Shown here piece by piece: positions 26,289 through 38,859 of a stretch of 64,000 bases of DNA. Both the position numbers and the translations under genes were made by a program. The stretch is from Mobula hypostoma. Lineage: Eukaryota. Within the stretch, counting starts at the first letter, position 1; every line of letters starts with the position of its first letter. The stretch is taken from assembly GCF_963921235.1 (NCBI RefSeq), contig NC_086104.1, positions 35,774,001 through 35,838,000 of the forward strand, read 5' to 3'. The notes under the pieces are model-generated. The model saw nothing but the letters and a program-made list of their open reading frames with translations. It ran no database searches and had not been told where the DNA came from.

Positions 26289-29200
26289 TTCTTTTTCAAT
26301 ATTTTTATTGATTTCTTACATAAAAGAATACAGAGTACATTAGGATATATAATATATATCGATTACAATATATTGGAATCACAAATATAATCTCATTACC
26401 CTGTATCCATATACATTAAATTTAAACATAATATTGAAAAGAGATAATTTTATTATACAAAAAAAAACTAACCCACTACCAGAAGAAAAACAGCTGTTTG
26501 GTTTAAAAAAAAGAAAAGGAAAAAATCCTTATGATATAATAAAACAATATTGTTAGCCAACATCTGTGCTTAATAGCAAATCAAAGATTTTGAAAAAACT
26601 TTCAAAAAAGGTCCCTACAATGTTAAAAAAGATCTTGTCTAGGTTCAGAAAATGAACAGTGAATCTTCTCTAAATTTAAACATGACATAACATCATTTAA
26701 CCAATGAGTATGAGTAGGCAGAGTGGCATCCTTCCACTTAAGCAAAAATGCCCTCCTGACTGTAAGAGAACTAAAGGCCAAAATGTGCAAATCATGTGAC
26801 TCCTAAATAATATCATTTCCTCCAACAATAACAAATAAGGCAGTCAAAGGAATAGGTTTAAAATTTACTTTAAAAACCACCGAAAAAGTTTGGAATACTT
26901 CCTTCCAATATTTTTCAAGACTCGGACAAGTCCAAAACATATGAATTAGGGAAGCTTCTCCATTGTTACATCTATCACAATAGGGAGATATATCCGAATA
27001 AAAATGAGAGAGCTTATCTTTAGTCATGTGGGCCCTATGAATCACTTTAAATTGTAGAAGGGAATGATGGACATATAATGATGAGGTATTAACCAATTTA
27101 AAAATTTCATTCCAAGTATCCTCAGAAATTGGAATTTGTAAATCTTGTTCCCAGAGATTTTTAATTTTGTCTAAAGGAATATTTCTCATTCCCAACAACA
27201 TGCCATAAATATTAGATATAGATCCATTACGGAACGGTTTCAAATTAAAAATTGTATCAAGTAAATTCTGATCTGGACTTTTAGGAAATGCATGTACTTG
27301 AGAACACAAAAAGTCTCTAATTTGTAAATATCGAAAAAAGTGGGTTTTGGGTAGGATATACTTAGCTGACAGTTGTTCAAATGAAGAGAGACTATCTCCA
27401 ACAAACAAATCCTGAAAACATTTAATACCCTATCTATTCCACTCTTTAAAAACTACATCAGTCACAGAAGGTTTAAAAAAGTTAGAAAAAATGGGACTTG
27501 AACGTGAAAAGCTCAATAAACCAAAGTATTTTCTAAGTTGTACCCAAATCCTCAAGGTGTGTTTAACTACAAAATTATCAGTTAAATTACTTAAAGATAA
27601 AGGAATTGAGGATCTGAGAAGAGAAATGATAGAAAATTTATTAACAGAATTAGATTCTAAAGAAACCCAGACCGGACAGTCCTCTCAATTAATATAATAC
27701 AACCAAAACTTAAGATTCCGTATATATATTACCCAGTAATAAACCCTAAAATTGGGTAAGGCAAAACCTCCATTCTTTTTAGCTTTTTGAAGATGAAATT
27801 TATTTAATCGAGAAATTTTATTTTTCCATATATAAGAAGATATAATAGAATCAAAAAAGGATTTAGGAATAAAAACAGGTACAGCCTAAAATAAATATAA
27901 AAATATAGGCAAAATATATATTAATGACTTGGATGAGGGAATTAAATGCAGCATCTCCAAGTTTGCGGATGACACGAAGCTGGGTGGCAGTGTTAGCTGT
28001 GAGGAGGATGCTAAGAGGATGCAGAGTGACTTGGATAGGTTGGGTGAGTGGGCAAATTCATGGCAGATGCAACTTAATGTGGATAAATGTGAAGTTATCC
28101 ACTTTGGTGGCAAAAATAGGAAAACAGATTATTATCTGAATGGTGGCCGATTAGGAAAAGGGGAGGTGCAACGAGACCTGGGTGTCATTATACACCAGTC
28201 ATTGAAAGTGGGCATGCAGGTACAGCAGGCGGTGAAAAAGGCGAATGGTATGCTGGCATTTATAGCGAGAGGATTCGAGTACAGGAGCAGGGAGGTACTA
28301 CTGCAGTTGTACAAGACCTTGGTGAGACCACACCTGGAGTATTGTGTGCAGTTTTGGTCCCCGAATCTGAGGAAAGACATCCTTGCCATAGAGGGAGTAC
28401 AAAAAAGGTTCACCAGATTGATTCCTGGGATGGCAGGACTTTCATATGAAGAAAGACTGGATGAACTGGGCTTGTACTCGTTGGAATTTAGAAGATTGAG
28501 GGGGGATCTGATTGAAACGTATAAAATCCTAAAGGGATTGGACAGGCTAGATGCAGGAAGATTGTTCCCGATGTTGGGGAAGTCCAGAACAAGGGGCCAC
28601 AGTTTGAGGATAGAGGGGAAGCCTTTTATGACCGAGATTAGGAAAAACTTCTTCACACAGAGAGTGGTGAATCTGTGGAATTCACTGCCACAGGAAGCAG
28701 TTGAGGCCAGTTCATTGGCTATATTTAAGAGGGAGTTAGATATGGCCCTTGTGGCTACGGGGGTCAGGGGGTATGGAGGGAAGGCTGGGGTGGGGTTCTG
28801 AGTTGGATGATCAGCCATGATCATAATAAATGGCAGTGCAGGCTCGAAGGGCCGAATGGCCTACTCCTGCACCTATTTTCTATGTTTCTATGTTTCTACA
28901 AAGGAATTGAGGATCTGAGAAGAGAAATGATAGAAAATTTATTAACAGAATTAGCTTCTAAAGAAACCCAGACTGGACAGTCCTCTCAATTAATATAATA
29001 CAAGCAAAACTTAAGATTCCGTATATATACTACCCAGTAATAAACCCTAAAATTGGGTAAGGCAAAACCTCCATTCTTTTTAGCTTTTTGAAGATGAACT
29101 TTATTTAATTGAGAAATTTTATTTTTCCATATATAAGAAGATATAATAGAATCCAGAGAATTAAAAAAGGATTTAGGAATAAAAACAGGTACGGCCTAAA

Positions 29201-29376
29201 ATAAATATAAAAATATAGGCAAAATATTCATTTTAATAGAATTAATTTGGCCAATCAACGATAAAGAAAGGGGTGACCAATTTGATAGTGCCTTCTTATC
29301 ATAATTCAGAAGTGTAAAAAAATTCTCTTTAGAAAGGAATTTATAATTCCTAGTAACCGTTACGCCCAAATAAGTG
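26289..29376 (-). mobile_element. L1-clade LINE 3' end, containing a nested CR1
   Basis: FFRYLQIRDF, CCHC finger YCDRC...ASLIHMFWTCP; T-rich tail at 26289; 10-bp TSD ctccactgct at 26279-26288 and 29377-29386. Confidence 0.9.
27918..28898 (+). mobile_element. Young CR1 3' end
   Basis: Open 290-aa RT C-terminus (KFADDTK, RPHLEYCVQFW); (tttctatg)n tail; near-identical to the 3' part of the 43449-45575 copy. Confidence 0.95.
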
Positions 29377-29802
29377 CTCCACTGCTATCAGACTTCTGAA
29401 TCAATCATATTGCCTTCCATGTGCTGCTGCCACATTCTTGGATTTTTAATTCTATCTCTCTCAATTATTCTGTTATTGTCACTTCAGCATTTCTTTTAGA
29501 ACGATTTCTAATTTCACAGCAATCTTTGCACCATTCTGTGGGTGCGTACTCCTCAGTGTATTTATTATAACTTGGTGTATAGTCAAAAAATATGCTAATC
29601 TAAGTCTGACTCTGAATCTGAATATAAAGTTGTTTGGCTTTATAATGTCATCAGAAGCCACTGGTGTACTATAACTTTGTCCCACTATCCAGCTTATGAA
29701 TATTAGATCCAACGCAACTGTAATGTACTGAATGTTTTTCTGGTAGTAATATTATCTTATATTTCTGTGAAATAAACAGAAAAAAATTCTTAGACTGATT
29801 TA

Positions 29803-30343
29803 CACTCAGTGGTCACTTTATTAGGTACACCTGTACATTAATGCAAATCTCTGATCATATGGCAGCAACTCGATGTATGTGCAGACATGGTCAAAAGTTT
29901 CAGTTGTCGTCCAGACCAAACATCAGAATGGGGTAAAAATGACTTTGACCGTGGAGTGATTGGTGCCAGACAGAGTGGATTGAGTATCTCAGAAACTGCT
30001 GATCTCCAGGGATTTTTACACACAAACAGTCTCTAGAGTTTACAGAGAATCATGAGAAAAGCAAGAAACATTGAGTGAGTGGCAGTTATATAGGCAAAAA
30101 TACCCTATTAATGAGAGAGCATAGAGGAGAATCGGCAGACTGATTCAAGCTGACAGGATGGCAACAGTGACTCAAGTAACCACGCGTTACAACAGTGATA
30201 TACAGAAGAGCATCTCTGAATGCACAACACATCGACCCTTTCTTTTCTTTTTAAATCTTTTTAAACACATCGACCCTTAAACTGGATGGGCTACAGCAGT
30301 AGAAGACTATGAACGTACCTCAGTGGCCACTTTATTAGGTACA
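29803..30343 (+). mobile_element. Tc1-like DNA transposon, internally deleted
   Basis: TA followed by cactcagtggtcactttattaggtac; paralogous to 23728-24278; terminal motif repeated at 30319-30343. Confidence 0.8.
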
Positions 30344-31249
30344 GAGTGAAAATCAAATGTATCACTGATTTCATGAAATTAAATAGGTCTGAGGATTTCT
30401 ACCACAAATACGAAAGAGAAATATTGAAAATGACAACAGAAGAAACAAAAGAAACACGAGCAGGAGTAGGCCAAATGGCTTCTTAAATCTACTTCACAAT
30501 TTAGTAAGGTCAAAGGTGATCTGATCTTGGCTTCAACTTCACTTTCTTGTCTATAACCAGTCATTATTGACCAATAGGTTCCACTCTAGACCTGTTACGG
30601 ATTACCAACTAGTATCACATTTAACCAGCCACAATGTAAATTAATTATTGCAAAGTCTGCACTGACAGTATGTTTCTGTGTGTGAAACATAAACAAATTA
30701 AATTGAATGGAATCTCTTCAAGAAAATTGAACAAGAAACAGTCATAAGAGTAAAATAACACCAACAATGTACATCTATACAATGTTTCTAAGGTAAAGAT
30801 TATCTCAAAATGGTTCACAAATAGGCAAAATGAAACCTGACACTTAGCCAGGAAGGGAGGGATTAAAATGACTGACTGAATAATTGGCAGTGGATTTTGA
30901 AGGGTTTTTAAAGGAAAAGTGGGAAAGCACACACGTTCAGGAGTGAATTGCAGAGTGTAGGATATAGATTGCTGAACTTCTGTGCCAAAGATTAAGGGAA
31001 AGGTGAGGGGATGTACAGATGGGCAGAACAGCAGGAATGAGCCGCAGGATATTTTCAGCATTTTACACAAATTTTACTTCAGGGAAAATGAAAATAATGG
31101 AGTTCAAAAAGGAGAACGCTGGGATAATTAATCTGTAGCAACAAATGCTCAACCACTTCAAAATAGAGGGCTCTGTACTGCTCTCTGCAATTTTTTGCCA
31201 TTTTTGAGTGGTTTGATTGCTGCGGACTGGGGTGATTATCATGCATCCA

Positions 31250-31512
31250 GCAGTGGGCTAGTGGTGTGGTGTGGAACTGAACTAAACAGAATACTACTGG
31301 ACTCCTGACTTGATGTTTCATTTTCTATGTATTGTTTGCTCGCTTTTTGCTGTTTGCGTAATTGTTCTTTTCTCGTGCATTGGGTGTTTGTTGTTTTCTT
31401 GAACAGGTTTCATGGTGTTTATTTGTTTTGTGGCTACCTGCAGGAGGACAAATCTCAGAGTTGTGTTCTGTATAGAATCTTTGATAATAAGTGTTCTTTG
31501 AACTTTTGAATC
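31250..31512 (+). repeat. Interspersed retroposon 3' end
   Basis: aatctcagagttgt...tttgataataa..gttctttgaacttttgaa tail shared with ~4345-4393. Confidence 0.5.
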
Positions 31513-31743
31513 TTTGGATCCTTGACTAGCTCATTGCGAGACCAGTCAGTATAGCTTGGAAATAACATCTCCTGTTGATTCACTATTAATACAGGCACAT
31601 TGTGAAGGTGTATTTTGGAGTTAGGGTATATAGCAAATATTCATTTCCACAGCAAACAATCTGTGTAGCTGGTAGATATGAAAAGTAGCCTTTACTTGAT
31701 ACACACACTCTTACAAATAAGCTGACAGCCTTTTGGAGTCACG

Positions 31744-31787
31744 TGAGAGAGAGTGAGAGAGAGTGTGTGTGTGAGAGAAAGAGAGAT
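31744..31787 (+). repeat. (GA)n/(GT)n microsatellite
   Basis: Read directly from the sequence. Confidence 0.8.
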
Positions 31788-31925
31788 CTGCTTGACCCAG
31801 CACTACATGATATTTTATATGCTAAAGATTAAAGAAAGTTTAAGACAATTCCATATTTACAAGCAACACACATCAAAGTTGCTGGTGAACGCAGCAGGCC
31901 AGGCAGCATCTCTAGGAAGAGGTAC

Positions 31926-31961
31926 AGTCGACGTTTCAGGCCGAGACCCTTCGTCAGGACT
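31926..31961 (-). ncRNA. Minimal type-I hammerhead ribozyme, intact core
   Basis: - strand: agtc CTGACGA AGGGTCTCGGCCT GAAA CGTC gact; stem I agtc/gact, GUC cleavage triplet, palindromic ACGT in place of stem III. Confidence 0.8.
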
Positions 31962-33555
31962 AACTGAAGGAAGAGTGAGTAAGGGATTTGAAAGTTGGAG
32001 GGGGAGGAGGAGATCCAAAATGATAGGAGAAGACAGGAGGGGGAGGGATGGAGCCAAGAGCTGGACAGGTGATTGGCAAAAGGGATACGAGAGGATCATG
32101 GGACAGGAGGTCCGGGAAGAAAGACGGGGGGGTGGGGGGAACCCAGAGGATGGGCAAGGGGAATATTCAGAGGGACAGAGGGAGAAAAAGGAGAGTGAGA
32201 GAAAGAATGTGTGTATATAAATAAATAACGGATGGGGTACGAGGGGGAGGTGGGGCAATAGCGGAAGTTAGAGAAGTCAATGTTCATGCCATCAGGTTGA
32301 AGGCTACCCAGATGGAATATAAGGTGTTGTTCCTCCAACCTGAGTGTGGCTTCATCTTTACAGTAGAGGAGGCCGTGGATAGACATGTCAGAATGGGAAT
32401 GGGATGTGGAATTAAAATGTGTGGCCACTGGGAGATCCTGCTTTCTCTGGCAGACAGAGCGTAGGTGTTCAGCAAAGCGGTCTCCCAGTCTGCGTCAGGT
32501 CTCACCAATATATAGAAGGCCACATCGGGAGCACCGGACGCAGTATATCACCCCAGCCGACTCACAGGTGAAGTGTCGCCTCACCTGGAAGGACTGTTTG
32601 GGGCCCTGAATGGTGGTAAGGGAGGAAGTGTAAGGGCATGTGTAGCACTTGTTCCGCTTACACGGATAAGTGCCAGGAGGGAGATCAGTGGGGAGGGATG
32701 GGGGGGGGGACGAATGGACAAGGGAGTCACGTAGGGAGCGATCCCTGCGGAAAGCAGAGGGGGGGGAGGGAAAGATGTGCTTAGTGGTGGGGTCCCATTG
32801 GAGGTGGCGGAAGTTACAGAGAATAATATGTTGGACCCGGAGGCTGGTGGGGTGGTAGGTGAGGACCAGGAGAACCCTATTCCTAGTGGGGTGGCGGGAG
32901 GATGGAGTGAGAGCAGATGTACGTGAAATGGGGGAGATGCGTTTAAGAGCAGAGTTGATAGTGGAGGAAGGGAAGCCCCTTTCTTTAAAAAAGGAGGACA
33001 TCTCCCTCGTCCTAGAATTAAAAGCCTCATCCTGAGAGCAGATGCGGCGGAGACGGAGGAATTGCGAGAAGGCGATGGCGTTTTTGCAAGAGACAGGGTG
33101 AAAAGAGGAATAGTTCAGATAGCTGTGAGAGTCAGTAGGCTTATAGTAGACATCAGTGGATAAACTGTCTCCAGAGACAGAGACAGAAAGATCTAGAAAG
33201 GGGAGGGAGGTGTCGGAAATGGACCAGGTAAACTTGAGGGCAGGGTGAAAGTTGGAGGCAAAGTTAATAAAGTCAACGAGCTCTGCATGCGTGCAGGAAG
33301 CAGCGCCAATGCAGTCGTCAATGTAGCGAAGGAAAAGTGGGGGACAGATACCAGAAGAGGCACAGAACATAGATTGTTCCACAAAGCCAACAAAAAGGCA
33401 GGCACAACTAGGACCCATACGGGTGCCCATAGCTACATCTTTAGTTTCGAGGAAGTGGGAGGAGCCAAAGGCGAAATTATTCCCCCCCCCCCATCATCTT
33501 GGATCTCCCCCTCCCCCTCCTACTTTCAAATCTCTTACTCACTCTTCCTTCAGTT

Positions 33556-33591
33556 CGTCCTGACGAAGGGTCTCGGCCTGAAACATCGACT
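33556..33591 (+). ncRNA. Hammerhead ribozyme motif (CGTC>CATC)
   Basis: cgtc CTGACGA AGGGTCTCGGCCT GAAA CATC gact. Confidence 0.7.
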
Positions 33592-34034
33592 GTACCTCTT
33601 CCTAGAGATGCTGCCTGGCCTCCTGCGTTCACCAGCAACTTTGATGTGTGTTGCTTGAATTGCCAGCATCTGCAGAATTCCTGTTGTTTCCATGTTTACA
33701 AGCTTCCTTTGAACTACACACCACCTTCACACCTCCCTTTTCACCCTTTTCACACCCATACTGCAAACACCCAAATACACACAAATAACAAATTTAAATC
33801 TGTGTTGCCTGGTCTTCCAATTGACTTGGTTCACGGTTCTTAAGAATCCATTGTTCAGAGCTGCATTTTAGATCTAATCCACAATTCACAGAAGACTGGT
33901 AGCTGGAGTCAGTTGCTGAAGTTATTTGCTGTATGTGCTAAGCACAAGAACATTCTAGCATGCACTTGATTGCTCTTAGCCTGTACTCACACAGGGGTTT
34001 ATAGGAAAGAGAGAGGGGAATATCATTGAAATCT

Positions 34035-34340
34035 ACTGAATATTGAAAGGCCTAGGTAAACTGGGTGTGGAGACGAGGGGCTGTTTCCAATAGAAGGATT
34101 GACCAGAGGGTACAGCCTCAGAACAGAAGTGTGTCCATTTAGAATGGCAGTGGGTAGGAAGAGGATTGTCATTGGATATATTTAAAGCAGGGTTTGATAT
34201 GTTCTTGATTAGTAAGAGAATCCAAACTTGTGGGTATAAGGCAGGAGAATGGGGTTGAGAGGGAAAATAAATCAGCCATGATCGAATGGTGGAGCAGACT
34301 TGATGAGCCAAATGGTCCAATTTTGCTCCTTATGGTCTAG
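34035..34340 (+). mobile_element. CR1 3' end
   Basis: ILKGLGKL; cagccatgatcgaatggtggagcagact 3' UTR; ttatggtct tail. Confidence 0.75.
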
Positions 34341-34605
34341 TGAAAACTGAAACATTGATTCCGACTGGCCTGTTTGCTATTTTCAACTTTTATTTTGCTT
34401 TAATGCAAACTTTCAGCATCTGCAATATTTTATTTCTGTTCCAACCCCTTTACTTGGTTGTGGTCTCCAACTCAGAAAAGCTGTTATCTTAGCAGAGGGA
34501 GAAAAGAGACTAACAGTATTACTCAAATGTACTTTCAGGTTCTCGTTAAAATTCAATGTTCTCTAATTAATTTTTTTTATTTTTAAATATGATATTGCTT
34601 ATTTT

Positions 34606-34860
34606 TTGGGCGGCAGGGGTGGAGATACAGTACGTCTCCACCAAAGAATACGTAAGGTTCTCCGTCCCTACGCTAGACTGCAGGTCACCCTCGGGCAAGG
34701 TGTAGCACCTGCTAAGCCACCTCCCCACACAGCCAACCCACCCCACCCCACCTCCGATCAAGGCAAACCACTTCTGCAGAAAATAAAATCGCCGAAAACA
34801 ATATTGGTCCAAGACCACGATCGCACACGTCATACAACGCGGCACATAACGATAATGATC
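34606..34860 (+). mobile_element. RTE-related short retroposon
   Basis: ggcaaaccacttc motif, (gat/aat)n-like tail, TSD attgcttat(t/c)tt at 34594 and 34861. Confidence 0.5.
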
Positions 34861-35267
34861 ATTGCTTATCTTCGACGTAAATACTGCAAACTTCGACTGA
34901 AAGGGTCTGTTTAGGTGGGTGATGGGAGGGGGAACAGACATCTAATTCCTCAATGGATTTGAAGTCGTACACCATTTCGTATTAAAGATTATTATGGCCC
35001 CACTAGGTTTGCTTTACGATGGCGAGCTGAGTGAAGGGATATTGAATTGAGCTACTGTAGTTTTCCGCTAACTGCAATTACTTCTGACAGCTGTCCCAGT
35101 GCTAAATGCGTGCAAAGCTCTGAAGCTTCAATTCCTGAAAAACTTCTTGTCCAGGGTGACTTCTACAGGACAGAGGGATTCGGCTGGAAAAGGACAGGTC
35201 GCCACTGCACATACTCTGTTAATGCCACTGCAATAGGCTGGCGTGCAGAAATACCCTCCTCGTGTCG

Positions 35268-35850
35268 CAGAATTCAGAATCAGAATCAGGTTTAATATCA
35301 CTGGCATATGTCAAGTTAAGTTAATTGTCATTTAACTATGTACATGCATATAACCATATTATGTATATGGAAACGAGACGTTAATTTCTCCAAAGACGGG
35401 TGTAAAGCACAGTAGTACACAAGCTCACGGCAACTTAAGAAGTTAAAGATAAAATCTACAGAAAAACCACGCATTAATACCAAACTAAAGTGCATAAATT
35501 AAATATTGTAAGGTACGGGACAGATTAACCGGAGGCATTTCGAAGGCGATGCGGCAGGGAATTTAGAAGCCTGATGGCCTGAGGGAGAAGTTGTTTGTCA
35601 TCCTGACCGTTCTTGTATTTGTGCATCCGAGTCTCCTGCCTAATGGTAGAAAGTCAAAGAGGGTGCTGGGTGGCAGCAGTACAATGCAATAGGTAATAAT
35701 AACAACTGTAAGTTACGATAAAAGAGTTAAATTAAGTAAGTAATGCAAAAAGAGAGAGAAAAAAGTCGTGAGGTAGTGTTCATGGGTTCAATGCCCAATC
35801 AGAAATCTGATGGCAGAGGGGAAGAGGCTATTCCAAAATAGTTGAATTGA
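35268..35850 (-). mobile_element. Nested Rex1/Babar-type 3' ends
   Basis: (cagaat)n tail and 3' UTR homologous to 46669-46930; a second 3' end is inserted at ~35313-35670. Confidence 0.65.
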
Positions 35851-38800
35851 TATGGAATTAAAATTATTCAAGAGGGCTTAATAATTACCCCACTGAACAC
35901 AAAAATAAATTAAAATTGATGACTTTGTATGTTTTCAGAAATAAACATGCAAAATACTCCGAAAAAAAATTAGTTATTTCTGGGATTCGGAATCAGTTCT
36001 GCTGATACAAAAACTATGTTGAAACCATTCCCATGAAAAGTCTCCCCTCAACGAGCCTTCAATATTATTTTCAAATGTGTCAATGTGCTTTGAATATTTA
36101 ATACTATAAGTAAACTCTACTGAGAACAAAGCCTTGGAATGTGTTAAGACTTTTATTGCATTTTACTGCTTAAATATGTTCAACCGCTTCCCCGCCTCCT
36201 CGGATATCCTACTGAAGGAAGCTGGTGTTTTTTTAGTGGAAGGTAGGGACAGACACTTGTCAGAGAGCAACATACATGCTGGGCCGAAAATGGAAGCAAT
36301 TACCTGAATAAGTGATAATTGTCGGGAATAATTGGAAACAGAAAACTGATAGGAAGTGTATCTGAAACAAACATATTACATTTTTTTTAAATCTGCTATA
36401 AACTTGCAAATGAAATCTTTTTCCATCGTGAACGACCTCCTTGCTCAGACTGATAGTGCTCTATCAGCCAAATGCAAGCCTAGAACACAGCGGGTACAGA
36501 AGCTCTTAACTGGATACAGTGAAAATGTGCTTGATTGTTAATTGCCGCAACTTTTGTCGATGGTACGAGATAAATACACACCTTCCCGCTGTTCGAACAT
36601 ATTACCTGTCTTCAATAAATTTCTAAAGGATCGTTGCATCGCTGAAGGGATAGTTGCATATATGGTTAACCTGCCTTGTCCAGTGCAATGATTATAAACA
36701 CTGAGGTGAACTTAGTAAATTTAAACCCCAATCAATGTGATATTCCGAACGGTACCGAAATACCATGTCAGTTAACTGCGAATCCATTTTGAATTCCGCA
36801 GATCGAGAAGATCTTTAAGCACATCGATTACATCGACGTGGAGCACAGTAATGTCAACACTGAAAGCAAAACGGAACAGCAGCGAGAAGTCCAAGCGCCG
36901 AAGACAGACGGATATCACATTGAGTTGTATTTAAAAGTGGAGAAGTTCTCGGGAAGACTAGTGTAAAATAGAGCAGCATTAGAAACTAACAGATTAATTG
37001 TTACCAGTGCAAAGACTTTCTCTTACAAGAAAAGGTTTTTATTCTCTTTGTTTCAACAAGAGAGTGCTGTACCTACCCACTTTTCAGTCCTTAATTTTCA
37101 ATGACGTTACCATTACCTAATACTCTGTTCTGAATATTCTGGGGATCCATTTGTCTAGAAAGTCAACTGAAATGACATCATAAATACTGTGGTTACTTTC
37201 ATGCATTTTAAGAAAGTTAAACCAGGGTGCACAGGGTCTTGGGGAGAGTTACTGAACAGAGAGCTGTTGGCCTACAAGTACATAGTTCCTGGAAAGTGGC
37301 AGCACAGTTAGACATCCCTGGTGAGGAAGGCACAGGAGAAGCTTTCCTTCACCAAACAGGGCATTGAGTATAAGAGCTGGAACATAGTGTTACAGTGTAT
37401 AAGACGTTGGTCAGGCCAAGAGGTAATATGATAGAGATAAAATGAACTCTAAGAGGTAAAATAAACTCTACCATATGACTCTAGGTATATAAAATAACTA
37501 GAGGCATAGAAAGGATAGATAGCCAGAGTCAATCTCTGGACAATCTAGGTGTAATCCCATATTGCTATTTAAATAACCTTTCTTTACTATTAATAACTAA
37601 AATAATTTTTCAACAACACATGACATAAGTATGATACGCTTGTTAGGTGACAGATTTTTGAGAGTAAAACTGAATACAGAAAATTATAATATCCCTTTGC
37701 TAGATTACAATGATGAGTAAACTTCAAAAGCTTCAGGACGTCCTGAAAGGGATCTGAAAAGCCCAATAAACATGCAAGTCCATCCTTTTATTTAAAGAAT
37801 TTCTGTTTTAGAAGTGAAGTGAAATTAACTTCTCTACATCTCCATACCTTTTATAAGTATGCTTTTAAATTTAGAAAATAAAATTAACAAGAACTGACCT
37901 AATAGTTAAATGTTGAAATAACTCTGCTAGTAAATGCCTGGGGTCTTACAATGAAGTGTTCACAATCCCAGTTTGCTACTTCAACATTGTTGGTTCAGTT
38001 TACAGTATTTAATGTATTTGGAGCTTCTGATGTTCTTGGAAAAGAAACTGTGACCTCTATTGCCCGCATTTTATTCATATAAAGTCTGACACGGGCTTTG
38101 GTCTTTTCTTTTCTAATGCACCTTGGCCCATGTACGAAGACAAGATTAAAATTCACCTTCTTTTGTTGAATTTTCCCCCAAGTTCTCAGTCGTCGTCCCC
38201 CCCCCCACATTCTCTTTGGCTCACCTCAACCTGTTAGGTATTGTCCTCTTCAACATCACCACCCCGTGGAAAAACTTCAAAATCTATTGTCAAATCAAAA
38301 CAGCGAGAGTGGTTCTTTATTTCTCCTGCTTAGTTGCTCATCCTTTCATAAAGAATTTTAAGTCTTACTTGTTCAATGAGGAATGTGATGAGATGCAAAA
38401 CCAAATCTACTCTACACTGATTCCCATTCAATCATGTTTTTTCATATGCAGTTAAATATAAATGAGGAAGCATGCATGGAAAACTAATATGCTACTTTGG
38501 CATTTTCTACCGCTGTCTCAATAGATTTAATGTACTTGGAGTTTCTGGAATCATTGGATAAGAAAACACAAATAACCACAAAAACTAAACATTAGATTTG
38601 TTATCTGCCCTCTCATTATTTGTCCTGATGTAGGATCTTCACTCAAAACATCGACAATTCTTTGCCCCCATGCAAATGCAGCTCAAGCAATCGAGTTCTT
38701 CCAGCGGTTTATTTGATTGCCACAGATTAACCACATACCTTCAGTAGATGTACCACAAGGATCAGTAAAGAACTAGAGAAGCAGTTTAAACACAGATAGG

Positions 38801-38859
38801 AAAATATGGGCAGTGATACTTATGATTACCTTGATTCAAAAACAGTAGTATAGAATTAT

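Larger units (their letters stand above)
31865..33687 (-). mobile_element. Young Neptune-type Penelope element with inverted pLTR at its truncated 5' end
   Basis: MGTRMGPS, FLRYIDD, YPCKRNKCYTC, IYCVRCSRCGLLYIGET (TGA at 32495, likely from CGA); inverted pLTR ~33480-33687; TSD ttccat(a/g)tttacaagc at 31849-31864 and 33688-33703. Confidence 0.95.

Noticed and set aside
28132-28824. 230-aa antisense ORF (similar ones at 40304-41293 and 44391-45500)
   Set aside because: Shadow frames of the CR1 RT
34567-34941. Overlapping 124-aa and 102-aa ORFs
   Set aside because: They coincide with a TSD-flanked short retroposon and show no protein motifs
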